Assembly: GCA_965208575.1 (NCBI GenBank)
Contig: CBDBOV010000006.1
Location: forward strand, 192,001-256,000
Origin: Spirochaetia bacterium
GTDB taxonomy: Bacteria > Spirochaetota > Spirochaetia > SZUA-6 > Bin103
DNA: 64,000 nt
Direction of reading: 5' to 3'
Part shown: positions 28,969-38,579 of the stretch, piece after piece
How positions within the stretch are numbered: position 1 is the stretch's first letter
Layout of the letters: each line of letters starts with the position of its first letter
The notes under the pieces: model-generated
What the model saw: the letters and a program-made list of their open reading frames with translations, nothing else
The model's database searches: none
Told to the model about the DNA's origin: nothing
Made by a program: the position numbers and the translations under genes

Positions 28969-30155
28969 TGCGTCCACCGCCCGACCCCGACCGCGACACC
29001 GCCCGCCCCGCCGCCGCCGGCGGCGCCATCCCGGAAGCCGCCGCCCTCACCGCCCGCGAGACCGCCGCCCAGGAGGCGTACTGGATGGCCTCGCAGTGGC
29101 AGTTGATGTGGCGCAAGTTCCGCCGCCACCACCTGGCGCTGGTCGGCGGCGCGGTGCTGATCGTGTTCTACCTGCTCGGCATCTTCTGCGACTTCTTCTC
29201 GCCCTACACCATCAAGGAGCGGTTCCAGGGCCTGCAGAACCACCCGCCGTCGCGCATCCACTGGATCGCCGACGGACGGCTGGTCGGACCCTACGTCTAT
29301 CCCACCGAGCAGACGCTCAACCCGGAAACCTTCGAGGCCACCTTCACCGAGCTCACCGAGACCCGCTACCCGATCCGCTTCTTCACCCGCGGCGAGGAAT
29401 ACCGGCTGCTGGGCCTGTTCCCGACCCGGATCCGGCTGTACGGGGTGGAGCGCCCGGCGGGCATCTTCCTGTTCGGCACCGACGCGCTCGGGCGCGACCT
29501 GTTGTCGCGCACCCTGTGCGGGGCGCGCATCTCGCTGTCGATCGGCCTGGTGGGAGTGGCGATCTCGTTCCTGCTGGGGGTGGTGTTCGGCGGCATCTCC
29601 GGCTACTTCGGCGGGCGCGCGGACATGCTGATCCAGCGCATGATCGAGTTCATCATCTCGATTCCGACCATCCCGCTGTGGATGGGGCTGGCGGCGGCGC
29701 TGCCCAAGGACTGGTCGGTGCTGCAGCTCTACTTCGGCATCGTGGTGATCCTGTCGCTGGTGCGCTGGGGCAGCCTGGCGCGGGTGGTGCGCGGCAAGCT
29801 GCTGGAGCTGCGCGAGCACGACTTCACCATGGCGGCGCGGCTGGCGGGCCTGCGCGAACGGGCGGTAATCGCCCGCCACCTGCTGCCGTCGTTCGCCAGC
29901 TACCTGATCGTGCACCTGACCCTCGCGATCCCGGACATCATCCTCGGCGAGACCGCGCTCAGCTTCCTGGGCCTGGGGCTGCGCTCGCCGGCGGTGAGCT
30001 GGGGCGTGCTGCTGAAGGCGGCGCAGAACGTGCGCAGCGTGGCCGCCTACCCGTGGATGCTGATCCCGGCGCTGTTCGTGATCGTGACGGTAATGGCGTT
30101 CATGTTCGTGGGCGACGGCCTGCGCGACGCCGCCGACCCCTACCGCCAGCGGTGA
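28968..30155 (+). CDS. ABC permease (DppC/OppC-like)
   Basis: GTDALGRD, ETALSFLGLG, GDGLRDAADP. Confidence 0.93.
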   Translation: MRPPPDPDRDTARPAAAGGAIPEAAALTARETAAQEAYWMASQWQLMWRKFRRHHLALVGGAVLIVFYLLGIFCDFFSPYTIKERFQGLQNHPPSRIHWIADGRLVGPYVYPTEQTLNPETFEATFTELTETRYPIRFFTRGEEYRLLGLFPTRIRLYGVERPAGIFLFGTDALGRDLLSRTLCGARISLSIGLVGVAISFLLGVVFGGISGYFGGRADMLIQRMIEFIISIPTIPLWMGLAAALPKDWSVLQLYFGIVVILSLVRWGSLARVVRGKLLELREHDFTMAARLAGLRERAVIARHLLPSFASYLIVHLTLAIPDIILGETALSFLGLGLRSPAVSWGVLLKAAQNVRSVAAYPWMLIPALFVIVTVMAFMFVGDGLRDAADPYRQR

Positions 30156-30233
30156 CGGCACCGACCAGGCGCTCGTGAAGGCGTTTGCACGCCCTGTAGC
30201 GCGCCATTATACTACCCAACGGGTACGATACGA

Positions 30234-30494
30234 ATGTCAGGAAGCCAATCAATGACCTTTTGGGTGGAAGCCCGATGGGACGATGAGGCGGAAGTCTTCA
30301 GGTCGGAGAGCAACATCACGGGCTTACATATAGAAGCTCCATCTTTGGACGAATTCCAAGAGATACTCAAGGACTTGGTTCCCGAACTACTCGCAGCGAA
30401 TTACGGCCGCAATATTCATACGCCAAAGAAAAAAGACACCTATCCAGTTTGGAACTATGAATATGGCGAGCAACTTCTACAACCAAGTCACTGA
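30234..30494 (+). CDS. DUF1902/HicB-like antitoxin
   Basis: VEARWDDEAEVF.SESNITGLHIEA.SLDE; lower GC. Confidence 0.8.
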   Translation: MSGSQSMTFWVEARWDDEAEVFRSESNITGLHIEAPSLDEFQEILKDLVPELLAANYGRNIHTPKKKDTYPVWNYEYGEQLLQPSH

Positions 30495-30660
30495 AGTGCT
30501 AGAACGTAACGGCTTCCGTTTCCTGCGACAGGCGAAGGGGTCGCATGAAATGTGGGTGGACGATAGTTCCGGCCAGAAAGTGTCAGTGCCTGCCAAGATA
30601 CTAAGCCGTCACACTGCTAACGCCATAATTAAGAGCGCGAAAATCATCCGGAAGATCTGA
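30463..30660 (+). CDS. HicA-family toxin
   Basis: LERNGFRFLRQAKGSHEMW...VSVP....RHTANAIIKSA. Confidence 0.85.
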   Translation: MASNFYNQVTEVLERNGFRFLRQAKGSHEMWVDDSSGQKVSVPAKILSRHTANAIIKSAKIIRKI

Positions 30661-30687
30661 CCGGGCAGCTTTGCACTCTATTTCAAA

Positions 30688-32379
30688 TTGATACACCACC
30701 TAGTGGCCGGGCTCGTTGCGCTGGCCACCCTCGGCGCGGTGCCGGCCACGGCGGAGTTGCGCTTTCGGGCAGCCGGGTTGGGGGCCGGACTGACCGCCGA
30801 GCGGCGGCCGCTGGACTACTCGGTGGCGGACATGACCGGGGGCGCCGCGGTGGGCGATTTCAATCGCGACGGCTGGCAGGACATCTTCCTGCTCGGCGGC
30901 GGCGGGGCGGTGGATGCGCTGTACCTGAACAACGGCGACGGCACCTTTACCGACCAAGCGGCCGCGGCCGGGGTGGCGTGGTCGCACCGCGGCCTGGCGG
31001 CGGCGGTGGGCGACTTCGACGGCGACGGCTGGCAGGACCTGTTCGTGACCAGCCTCGGGGCGTCGAGCGGCGAGCGACGCCCCGGCGCCCACCGCCTGTA
31101 CCGCAACCTGGGCGTGGCTCGCGAAGGCGAGGCGGCCGCCGGCGCCGGGTTGGCGGGCGGTTCGGTGCCCGGTGGTATTCCCCACTTCGAGGAGGTGGCG
31201 GTTGCGGCGACCGTGGCAACCACCGCATCGCCGCGGCCCGACGGGATGGGCGCCGCGTTCGGCGACTACGACCTGGACGGCGACCTCGACCTGTTCGTGA
31301 GCGGCTACCAGTACCATGACGGCAACAAGCTGTTCCGCAACGACGGCGGGCGGTTTGCGGACGTGACCGTGGCCATGTTCGGGCCGGCGTTGGCGATCGA
31401 CGTGCTGGAGACCTGGAGCTTCGCGCCCGCCTTCGTGGACATGGACGGCGACCGCTACCCGGAGCTGCTGATCGCCGGCGACTACGGCACCTCGCGCTAC
31501 TTCCTGAACGACGGCGGGCTTCGCTTCCGCGACCTGACCGCGGCGTCCGGCACCGGCGCCGGCGCCATGGGCATGGGCAGCGCGTTCGGCGACTTCGACG
31601 GCGACGGCCGCTTCGACTGGTACCTGACCTCGGTGTACGCGCGCACCGGCACCGAGTCGGTGCGCAACGGCAACCAGCTCTACCTGAACGAGGGCCGCCA
31701 CCGCTTCCGCGAGGCGTCGGTGGCGGCCGGCGTCAACCACGGCGGCTGGGGCTGGGGCGCGGTAGCAGCCGATCTGAATCACGACGGGGTGCTCGACCTG
31801 GTCACCACCAACGGCTGGACGCGCGCCAACCACCAGGGCGACCTGGAGTGGCTGAGCGAACCGACGCGGGTCTACCTCGGACGCGGCGTACCGGCCGGCG
31901 GCGAGTCCGCCGGCGAAGCGGACGCCCCGGCGCCGGTGTTCGACTTCGCCCAGGAACAGGTGGGCTTGCGCCACCGCGACCAGGGCCGCGGCCTGATCGC
32001 CTTCGACTACGACAACGACGGCGACCGCGACATCCTGATCGTCAACTTGAGCGGCCCGGTGAGCCTGTTCCGCAACGAACTCACCGGCCCCGGAACCAAC
32101 TACCTGCGCGTGTTCCTGGACCGCGGCGACAGTCGCGCGGTGGCCCCGGACGGGATCGGCGCACTGGTATCGATCCGGTCCGGCGGCACCGAGCAGCACC
32201 GGTACATCGGCGGTGAGGGCGTCTACCTGGGATCGGGCGAGCTCTCCGCCCACTTCGGCGTCGGTGAAGCAACGGCGATCGATGTGCTGACCGTGACCTG
32301 GCCGGACGGCACCGTGACCGCGCTCCCGTCAACCCCCGCCAACCAGACCCTTACCATCCGTAACGGCGCCAGTCCCTGA
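30688..32379 (+). CDS. CRTAC1-family FG-GAP/VCBS repeat protein with ASPIC/UnbV domain
   Basis: Signal peptide; repeated GDFN/DxDG motifs; C-terminal HFGVG..TAIDVLTVTWPDG. Confidence 0.9.
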   Translation: MIHHLVAGLVALATLGAVPATAELRFRAAGLGAGLTAERRPLDYSVADMTGGAAVGDFNRDGWQDIFLLGGGGAVDALYLNNGDGTFTDQAAAAGVAWSHRGLAAAVGDFDGDGWQDLFVTSLGASSGERRPGAHRLYRNLGVAREGEAAAGAGLAGGSVPGGIPHFEEVAVAATVATTASPRPDGMGAAFGDYDLDGDLDLFVSGYQYHDGNKLFRNDGGRFADVTVAMFGPALAIDVLETWSFAPAFVDMDGDRYPELLIAGDYGTSRYFLNDGGLRFRDLTAASGTGAGAMGMGSAFGDFDGDGRFDWYLTSVYARTGTESVRNGNQLYLNEGRHRFREASVAAGVNHGGWGWGAVAADLNHDGVLDLVTTNGWTRANHQGDLEWLSEPTRVYLGRGVPAGGESAGEADAPAPVFDFAQEQVGLRHRDQGRGLIAFDYDNDGDRDILIVNLSGPVSLFRNELTGPGTNYLRVFLDRGDSRAVAPDGIGALVSIRSGGTEQHRYIGGEGVYLGSGELSAHFGVGEATAIDVLTVTWPDGTVTALPSTPANQTLTIRNGASP

Positions 32380-32700
32380 CCGGCCCGGCCCGCCCTTGCC
32401 GCGATCCGCAGGGTAACCGAATGACTCCGAGCATGACCGTGGCCTGGGACAGATTATGCAATAGATGTGATTATCTAAAATATTTTTATTCTTTATTTAT
32501 TTACACACAGTGCCGACTAGCATATAAAGGAAGGATGCGCCCACCAGGATTCCGCGTACTCCACTTGTTCCCGCAGGCTGGACTCCGGCTGGACCGGCGT
32601 CGCAGATCACCGTTGCGAGCCACTCGCGCCGCCATTCTGCAGGTCCCCGCCGCGTGCGGCCTGTTCCTTCTCGTCGCGCTTGCGGCGTGTAACCAGGCCA

Positions 32701-32714
32701 CCCCCCCCCCCCCC
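32701..32714. repeat. C14 homopolymer
   Basis: 14 consecutive C shortly after the lipobox Cys. Confidence 0.95.
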
Positions 32715-33150
32715 GTCCACGTCCGGGGTGGGGGAGTCGCAAACGCCGGTAGTTGACCCGCAGCCCGCGACGCCCGCGACGCCCGGGGCAGACACGCCGG
32801 ACTCCAATGTGCCGGTGGTGACCATCATGGTGGCTTCCGCAACCGTGACGGAGGGAAATCCGGTGTTGTTCACGCTGACCGCGAAGCCGGCGCCGGCGTC
32901 CACGCTGACGGTCAACGTGCGCTGGTCGCAGGAGGGCTCATTCCTGACCGGAAGCCGTTCGCAGACGGTCGACATCCCGACCTCCGGGCAGGCCAAGGTG
33001 ACGGTGAACACCGACGACGATACCACCGAAGAGGACGACGGCTCGGTGACTGGCGCCGTCCTTGCGGGCAGCGGCTATACGGTCGGCACGCCGAGTGCGG
33101 CGACCGCCGACATCACCGACAACGACGACACGGCGACGCCCACCGAGCGT

Positions 33151-33222
33151 CCTTCTCCACCGAGCGTCCCTTCTCCACCGAGCGTCCCTTCTCCACCGGA
33201 CGAGCCTTCTCCACCGGACGAG
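33151..33222 (+). repeat. 4 x 18 bp coding tandem repeat (PSPPSV x2, PSPPDE x2 linker)
   Basis: ccttctccaccg-agcgtc / -gacgag units. Confidence 0.9.
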
Positions 33223-34107
33223 CCTGAAACGAAGGTGGGCGTGGCGCCAGGCGGTGACATCTTCGAAGGCGGAACCGCAAAGTTCTTTCTGAAAGCGACG
33301 CCGACTCCGACGTCCGATCTGAGCGTCGAAACGAGATGGGTCGCGACGGGGGACGTCGCGATCGGACTTACTCGGAGCAGGCAGTCCTTAACCATCTCGA
33401 CCTCCGGAGTACTCGAGGTGCGGGTGAGCACCCGCGACGACAGCACCTACTACGATCCGGGGACACGCTACGTGGACGTGTCGATCGTCGAATCCGACAC
33501 CTACGAAATCGCAGCCCACCCAAACCGTCGAGCAAGGGTCAGAGTCGTTGAAAACGATCCCAAGCCTGTCGTGAACGTGGCGGTAAATCGCACGCGGGCG
33601 CACAACGGTCAATCGATAATCTACACGTTCACGGCCTCGCCGACCCCGCCGTCCGCGCTGACGGTCGACTTGGAATGGGGGCAAAGTGGTGGCTCCGTGG
33701 CCCCAAGGCCCACGACGTTCAATTTGTCCACCGCTTCGGCCACCCTGACCGTAACAACCACCGTCCCCGATAATTCCTTCGGGAGGGTAGACCTTACAAT
33801 TAAAGGCGTCTCCTCGGGCTACCGTGTCGGCACCACGTCCTCCGTGGGAGTGATACTCACCGGCTAAACCAATCGATCGGTGCTCCGCTGGATGGGGTCC
33901 CGGCGGAGCCGCCGGCGCGCAGGTGAGGCGCAAGCCCTCCGGCCGTGATCGATGCCGAGTTGGCCGCTAGCACTGGGCCGGACGGCCTCGGCGCGCGCTC
34001 AGAGCGGCGAGCCTGCCTCCTTGTCCGTCACGGCACCGCGCGCTGACCGCTTCCGGCGGCCCTGAGGCTCGCCTTCCCGCCCATCCTCGCGGTAGACTGG
34101 CCGGGAC

Positions 34108-34443
34108 ATGGACCGGGAGGGCCTGCTCGCTCACATCCGGGCTACCCACTTCGAGTCGGGGGACCGGGGTCGCGCCGTGGCCGACGCGCGCCGCATCGCG
34201 CGCTTCCTGGAGCGGAGCGGCGCCCGCGGCGTGATCGGTATCGGATCCGCTTTCGATCCCGAGCGGCCGTTCAGCGACCGATCGGACATCGACCTGGTCG
34301 TGGACGGGTTGCCCGCGCGACGCTTCTTCTCGTTATCCGCGCAAGCAGCCGCAATGACTCGGTTCCACCTGGACCTGCCCCCCGCGGAAACCGCCACCCC
34401 GGCGCTGCTGCGCGTGGCAACCGAGCACGGGACGAAACTGTGA
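34108..34443 (+). CDS. Minimal nucleotidyltransferase (MntA-like)
   Basis: IGSAF...SDIDLVVDGL. Confidence 0.85.
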   Translation: MDREGLLAHIRATHFESGDRGRAVADARRIARFLERSGARGVIGIGSAFDPERPFSDRSDIDLVVDGLPARRFFSLSAQAAAMTRFHLDLPPAETATPALLRVATEHGTKL

Positions 34444-34535
34444 CTCGCGAAGAGATACCCGCCACGCTGGCCGCATTCCGTGAACAGGTCGAGGCATTCC
34501 TCGCCTGGATGCTTGGCCAACTCCCGGCCTCATAG
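34440..34535 (+). pseudogene. Internally deleted HEPN partner (31 aa)
   Basis: GTGA-coupled MTREEIPATLAAFREQVEAFLAWMLGQLPAS resembles a HEPN terminal helix. Confidence 0.5.
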
Positions 34536-34549
34536 TTGCAGTCCTGCCG

Positions 34550-35098
34550 ATGGGCGAGAGGCCGCAACTGCGGATGCTGTGGCCGGCGGCGCGGCTCCAT
34601 GCGGTACCGCCGCCTGCGCTACCGGAGGGTTACGCGGTACGCGCCTACCGCCCCGGAGATGAGCCGCGGTTCTACGAGCTGATGGCGCTGGCCGGCTGGC
34701 CGGGGTGGGACGGCAAACGGCTGTCATATTCCCTGAACCGGATTCTTCCCGGCGGCTGGTATCTGGCCGAGCACACGGCCAGTGGGACGGTCGTGGCGTC
34801 GGCGATGGCGCTGCACAACTACAAGGGCACGTATCCGTTCTGGGGCGAGCTCGGCTGGCTCGCCGCCCACCCGGACCACTCCCGCCAGGGACTGGGCCTG
34901 GCCCTCTCGGCGTGCGTAGTACGCCGGTTCGTGGCCGCCGGCTACCGCCTGATTCACCTGCACACCGAGGAGTTCAGGCTGGCAGCGATCAAGACCTACC
35001 TGAATCTGGGATTCGAGCCCTGGATGGACGGCCCGAACAGCCAAGCGCAATGGACGCGGGTACTCGACCGGCTTGGTTGGAAAGCCGGCTACCCGTAG
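34550..35098 (+). CDS. GNAT acetyltransferase
   Basis: LGWLAAHPDHSRQGLG, AIKTYLNLGF. Confidence 0.85.
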   Translation: MGERPQLRMLWPAARLHAVPPPALPEGYAVRAYRPGDEPRFYELMALAGWPGWDGKRLSYSLNRILPGGWYLAEHTASGTVVASAMALHNYKGTYPFWGELGWLAAHPDHSRQGLGLALSACVVRRFVAAGYRLIHLHTEEFRLAAIKTYLNLGFEPWMDGPNSQAQWTRVLDRLGWKAGYP

Positions 35099-36111
35099 AC
35101 GATGGCGGCCGGCTGGCCGAGCACCAGGACGTTGCGGGCGCGCAGACCGGTTGCGGCGGCCACCTCCCCGGCCTGCTCGCGCGACATCAGCAGCGCAACG
35201 TGGCGGCCGCAGAACGGGGCACCCTGGATCAGCCTGACGAGGGGCGGCGTGGCCGTCCGGTCGAAACGGTGACCGAACGGGATGTTGGAGACCAGCCGCG
35301 CCCCGGCGGGCAGCAGGGCGGGGTCGAACTCTTCGAAACGGATATTGAGAAGCCTGTAGCTGGCGCCCGCTAGCCGTTGGCCGGCGAGCTGGTAGGCCTC
35401 CGGCGCCACCTCCAGGCCGTAACACGATGTGGCGCCGAACCGTCGGGCCGCGGCGCGCAGGATGGTGCCGGTGCCCATGAACGGGTCGAATACGCTGGTT
35501 CCCGGAGCGGCGCCGGCCAGGGTGAGCAGCGAGGCGGCGAGGTGTCCGCGCAACGAGCCGGCGCGCAGCCCCTGGTCGGCGGACAGATTGGTGCCGGTCT
35601 GCAGGGCCAGGACGGCGTATTCGGGATCGGCCTTGCACAACAGGCGCGCCCCGGCCGCGGGCGACCGCCGCCAGCGCGGCAAGGCGGCCTTCACCGCGGC
35701 ATCGACCGCGGCCGCGACCTGGCCGCGGTTGACCCGCAGCCGCCCATAGATCTCGGTGGCGACGGAGTAACGGCGCAGGCCGCGTCCGGCGCCTCCGTGC
35801 AAGGCGGCGATGAACGACTCCTTGAACGCCCCGGAACGCTGCGTCGATCGCAATGCGCCGAGCACGGCGGTCAGCACGTCGCCGCCGCCGTCCGTACGCA
35901 CCTCCAGCAGGACGCGGTACACCGTCGCTGGGGTTGCGAGGTCGCGCACGGCCTGCGCGCTGTTCTCGTCCGCTTCCGGCACCACCACCGACGAGCCGCG
36001 ATGCCAGACCGGAAAGTGCCCCGCCACCCCGGAAGCACGCAACTCGGCGATGACCGCGATCTCCCACCCCGGCTGGGTGGTCAGGAGAAGTCGCCGCCCG
36101 CCTGCCGGCAC
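35089..36111 (-). CDS. SAM-dependent RNA methyltransferase (RlmL/Trm14-like; start uncertain)
   Basis: LTTQPGWE, VFDPFMGTGTI, VSNIPFG. Confidence 0.75.
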   Translation of the reverse strand: MPAGGRRLLLTTQPGWEIAVIAELRASGVAGHFPVWHRGSSVVVPEADENSAQAVRDLATPATVYRVLLEVRTDGGGDVLTAVLGALRSTQRSGAFKESFIAALHGGAGRGLRRYSVATEIYGRLRVNRGQVAAAVDAAVKAALPRWRRSPAAGARLLCKADPEYAVLALQTGTNLSADQGLRAGSLRGHLAASLLTLAGAAPGTSVFDPFMGTGTILRAAARRFGATSCYGLEVAPEAYQLAGQRLAGASYRLLNIRFEEFDPALLPAGARLVSNIPFGHRFDRTATPPLVRLIQGAPFCGRHVALLMSREQAGEVAAATGLRARNVLVLGQPAAIVYG

Positions 36112-36331
36112 CCACCTCGCCCGTGGTCGCTCATCCGGTGCCGGCGAAGGGCCGTGCGTACGGCGTGGCCGTACCGGCCCAGACGGGTTCCGCGACGCTG
36201 GACCAGTCCCGCGGGCGTGGTCCGGCGACTGCCTCCGCACGGCGCGCCGCGGCCGCGGCTCGGCGCCCGCGCCTGGACGCGCTCTCCGCGGACGGCCGGG
36301 CCGGCTCATCCAAGCTGCCGGCGCCCGCCCC

Positions 36332-37678
36332 CTACGGGCCGGATGGCTCGATCCTGACACGTATGTGGGAGTTGGCCCGCTCCACCGAAGCTGGATCCTC
36401 GCGGGCGCGTTCGCGCGCCTCCCGCGCGCAGCGCGCGGCCGCGGCGGCGCGGCCCAGCACCGGCTGCTGCAGGGTATCGTGCTCGTCGGGGCAGAGGTGA
36501 CGCATCAGCGGCTGCAGGGCGGGCGGCAGGGCGCGGTACTCGGCGTGCGACAGCGGGCGGCACACCATGTTGACGTTGTAGGTGTCGCCGGGCGCGAAGT
36601 CGTCGACCGACAGCCACCACGGCGCCCACCGGTTCACCACCGCAACGCGGGCGTGGCGGGTGTTGTGCATCGCCGAGGCATGCCACGAACGCGAGTCCTG
36701 GATGTACACCGACCCGGCCGGCGCCGAGACCTGCAGTTCGCCGGGAATCGGCGCCACGATCGAAATGCCATCAGTCGGCCCGCGCGGGTTGCGCGTGTCG
36801 CGGTGCGATCCGGGCACCACCCACGTGCCGCCCGATTCCGCGTCCACGTCGGTCAAGTACCAGATCATCACCAGGCACATGGTTACGTCAGGGAATGGCT
36901 GCCGTACGCAGCCGACGTTCTGGAGTGCGTCGCCGGCGCCGTAAGCGCTCAGGTCGTGCGGCCAGTCGGTATGCCAGCCGCGGAACTCCCGCCCGCGAGA
37001 CTGCACCGGGCCGAACCCGCCGGGCGTACCGTCCGGCCGGTCGGCTTCGATGATGCGCAGGTGCAGTTGGGCGATGCGCAGATGGTCGTCGAGGACGCTC
37101 CTGGCCAGCGCGGTAACCACCGGGTTGGCGAGGTGGCGCGCGTAGCGGGGCAGCCACACTATGTCGTTGGGCGGCTTGGGCGGGTGGCCGACTCGACGCA
37201 CCGGGCGCAACTCGACCGGTGAGGTTTCTGCCCCGGTGGTGCCGGACTGCAGGTTCCGGATGGCGGCGAGGTTGCGGTCGATGATGCTCTGCGCCGCGAC
37301 CACTTCGTCGCGCACCGCGGCCACCTGGCCGGCCGGGATGACGTGGTCGATGACGGTGAATCCATAGCGGCGGATCGACTCGACGCACCCGCTCACAACC
37401 TGGTCCGCCGGCAGCGAGGCGGCGTCGAAGGCGTAGCCGCGGGTGCGCGCCAGCTCCGCGCCGGCGGCCTGGACGTCGCCGGCGGCCTCTCCGATGAGCC
37501 GGCGGGCCTCGCACAGCTCCCGCTCCAGGCGCGCCGCCCGGGCGCGCAGTTCGGCAATGTTCGCGGTGTCTCCCGTACCTGGCACTGCTATCCTCCCTGC
37601 ACTGGGCCGGAAGAGCCGGCCGGCGGACGATGCTTGGGCAGCGGTTTCATCGTCCTCCCCGTCACGGGGTGACCGCAC
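36332..37678 (-). CDS. Phytanoyl-CoA dioxygenase (PhyH) family protein
   Basis: GWHTDWPHD, GGTWVVPGSH, DSRSWH. Confidence 0.88.
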   Translation of the reverse strand: MRSPRDGEDDETAAQASSAGRLFRPSAGRIAVPGTGDTANIAELRARAARLERELCEARRLIGEAAGDVQAAGAELARTRGYAFDAASLPADQVVSGCVESIRRYGFTVIDHVIPAGQVAAVRDEVVAAQSIIDRNLAAIRNLQSGTTGAETSPVELRPVRRVGHPPKPPNDIVWLPRYARHLANPVVTALARSVLDDHLRIAQLHLRIIEADRPDGTPGGFGPVQSRGREFRGWHTDWPHDLSAYGAGDALQNVGCVRQPFPDVTMCLVMIWYLTDVDAESGGTWVVPGSHRDTRNPRGPTDGISIVAPIPGELQVSAPAGSVYIQDSRSWHASAMHNTRHARVAVVNRWAPWWLSVDDFAPGDTYNVNMVCRPLSHAEYRALPPALQPLMRHLCPDEHDTLQQPVLGRAAAAARCAREARERAREDPASVERANSHIRVRIEPSGP

Positions 37679-37733
37679 GGACCCGGCGCCGGGCGCGTGC
37701 CGTGCGGCACCTCCATACGCCGCGCCCGGCCCG

Positions 37734-38546
37734 TCACACCGCGAGCGGCTCGGGGCGCGTCGGGCGCCCGCGGTAGCGGCTGTTCGGCGGCTCCAGGATC
37801 GCCATCTTGCGGTCGTCCATGTCGTCGTAGCGGCGGAACTCCTCGGGGTCGAGATAGGCCCCCGACCAGGAGGTGCCGTGCGGCGAGAACTTGTAGAACA
37901 GCGTGCTGCGCCGCGTATCCGCAGTCCACGGCAGGGTACCGTGGGTCAGCGCCTCGGTGAACACGATGGCGTCGCCGGGGCGGGCCGCAATGCGCTTCAC
38001 GGTCGGGTGGATGCCCTGGCCCAGATCGCGCCACGGCTCCGGTAGCGGCAGGTTCGCCTTGTGGGTACCGGGTATGCAGCAAAAGCCGCCGTCGTTGGGG
38101 TGCGTGTCGAACAGCTCGAACGCCACCGCCACCAGGCCGTTGTAGAACCGGCCGTCGTGGTAGCGAAAGAATTGGCTGCCGCCCGTTCCCTTCCAGCCGC
38201 CGTGCAGCCGTCCGCCTTCGAATCCCTTGCCGACGTGGGTATGCACGTTGACGTGGTCGATCCGGAACGACGGCCGCGCGGCGTCGCCGTCGACACTGCG
38301 CTCGTGGTTGCCGATCAGTTCCTCCAGCAGCGGGCTGAGCGCCGGCAGGTCGAGCAGGTCGCGCCACGCGCGCGACCAATGCAGGGGGCCGCGGCTCGGG
38401 TCAACGGGGTCGCGCTGCTCGGTAGGCGTCTGCAGCGTGGATCGCAGTTCTTCGATCTGCGCCTGGCTGACGACGTCGCGCAGCACCAGGTAGCCGAAGG
38501 CGTCGAACAGGTAGCGCTGTTCCTCGGTCATCGCTTGCACACTCAC
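37734..38546 (-). CDS. PhyH family protein
   Basis: YLFDAFGYLVL, LHGG, GGFCCIPGTHKAN, FTEALTHGT. Confidence 0.88.
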   Translation of the reverse strand: MSVQAMTEEQRYLFDAFGYLVLRDVVSQAQIEELRSTLQTPTEQRDPVDPSRGPLHWSRAWRDLLDLPALSPLLEELIGNHERSVDGDAARPSFRIDHVNVHTHVGKGFEGGRLHGGWKGTGGSQFFRYHDGRFYNGLVAVAFELFDTHPNDGGFCCIPGTHKANLPLPEPWRDLGQGIHPTVKRIAARPGDAIVFTEALTHGTLPWTADTRRSTLFYKFSPHGTSWSGAYLDPEEFRRYDDMDDRKMAILEPPNSRYRGRPTRPEPLAV

Positions 38547-38579
38547 GCCGCCCAGTCTACGCGCACCGTCCGCGGCCTC

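Larger units (their letters stand above)
32535..33867 (+). pseudogene. Calx-beta-like surface lipoprotein, frameshifted at a C14 tract
   Basis: SD aaggaagg + ATG 32535, lipobox LAAC; body TEGNPVLFTLT...TDDDTTEEDDGSVT...YTVG...ITDND in the next frame; C13 would fuse them. Confidence 0.75.

Noticed and set aside
33151-33222. 18-bp repeats as a CRISPR array
   Set aside because: Tandem without spacers; encode a Pro-rich linker
36131-36313. 60-aa ORF between PhyH and the methyltransferase
   Set aside because: Low complexity and no motif; cannot be supported
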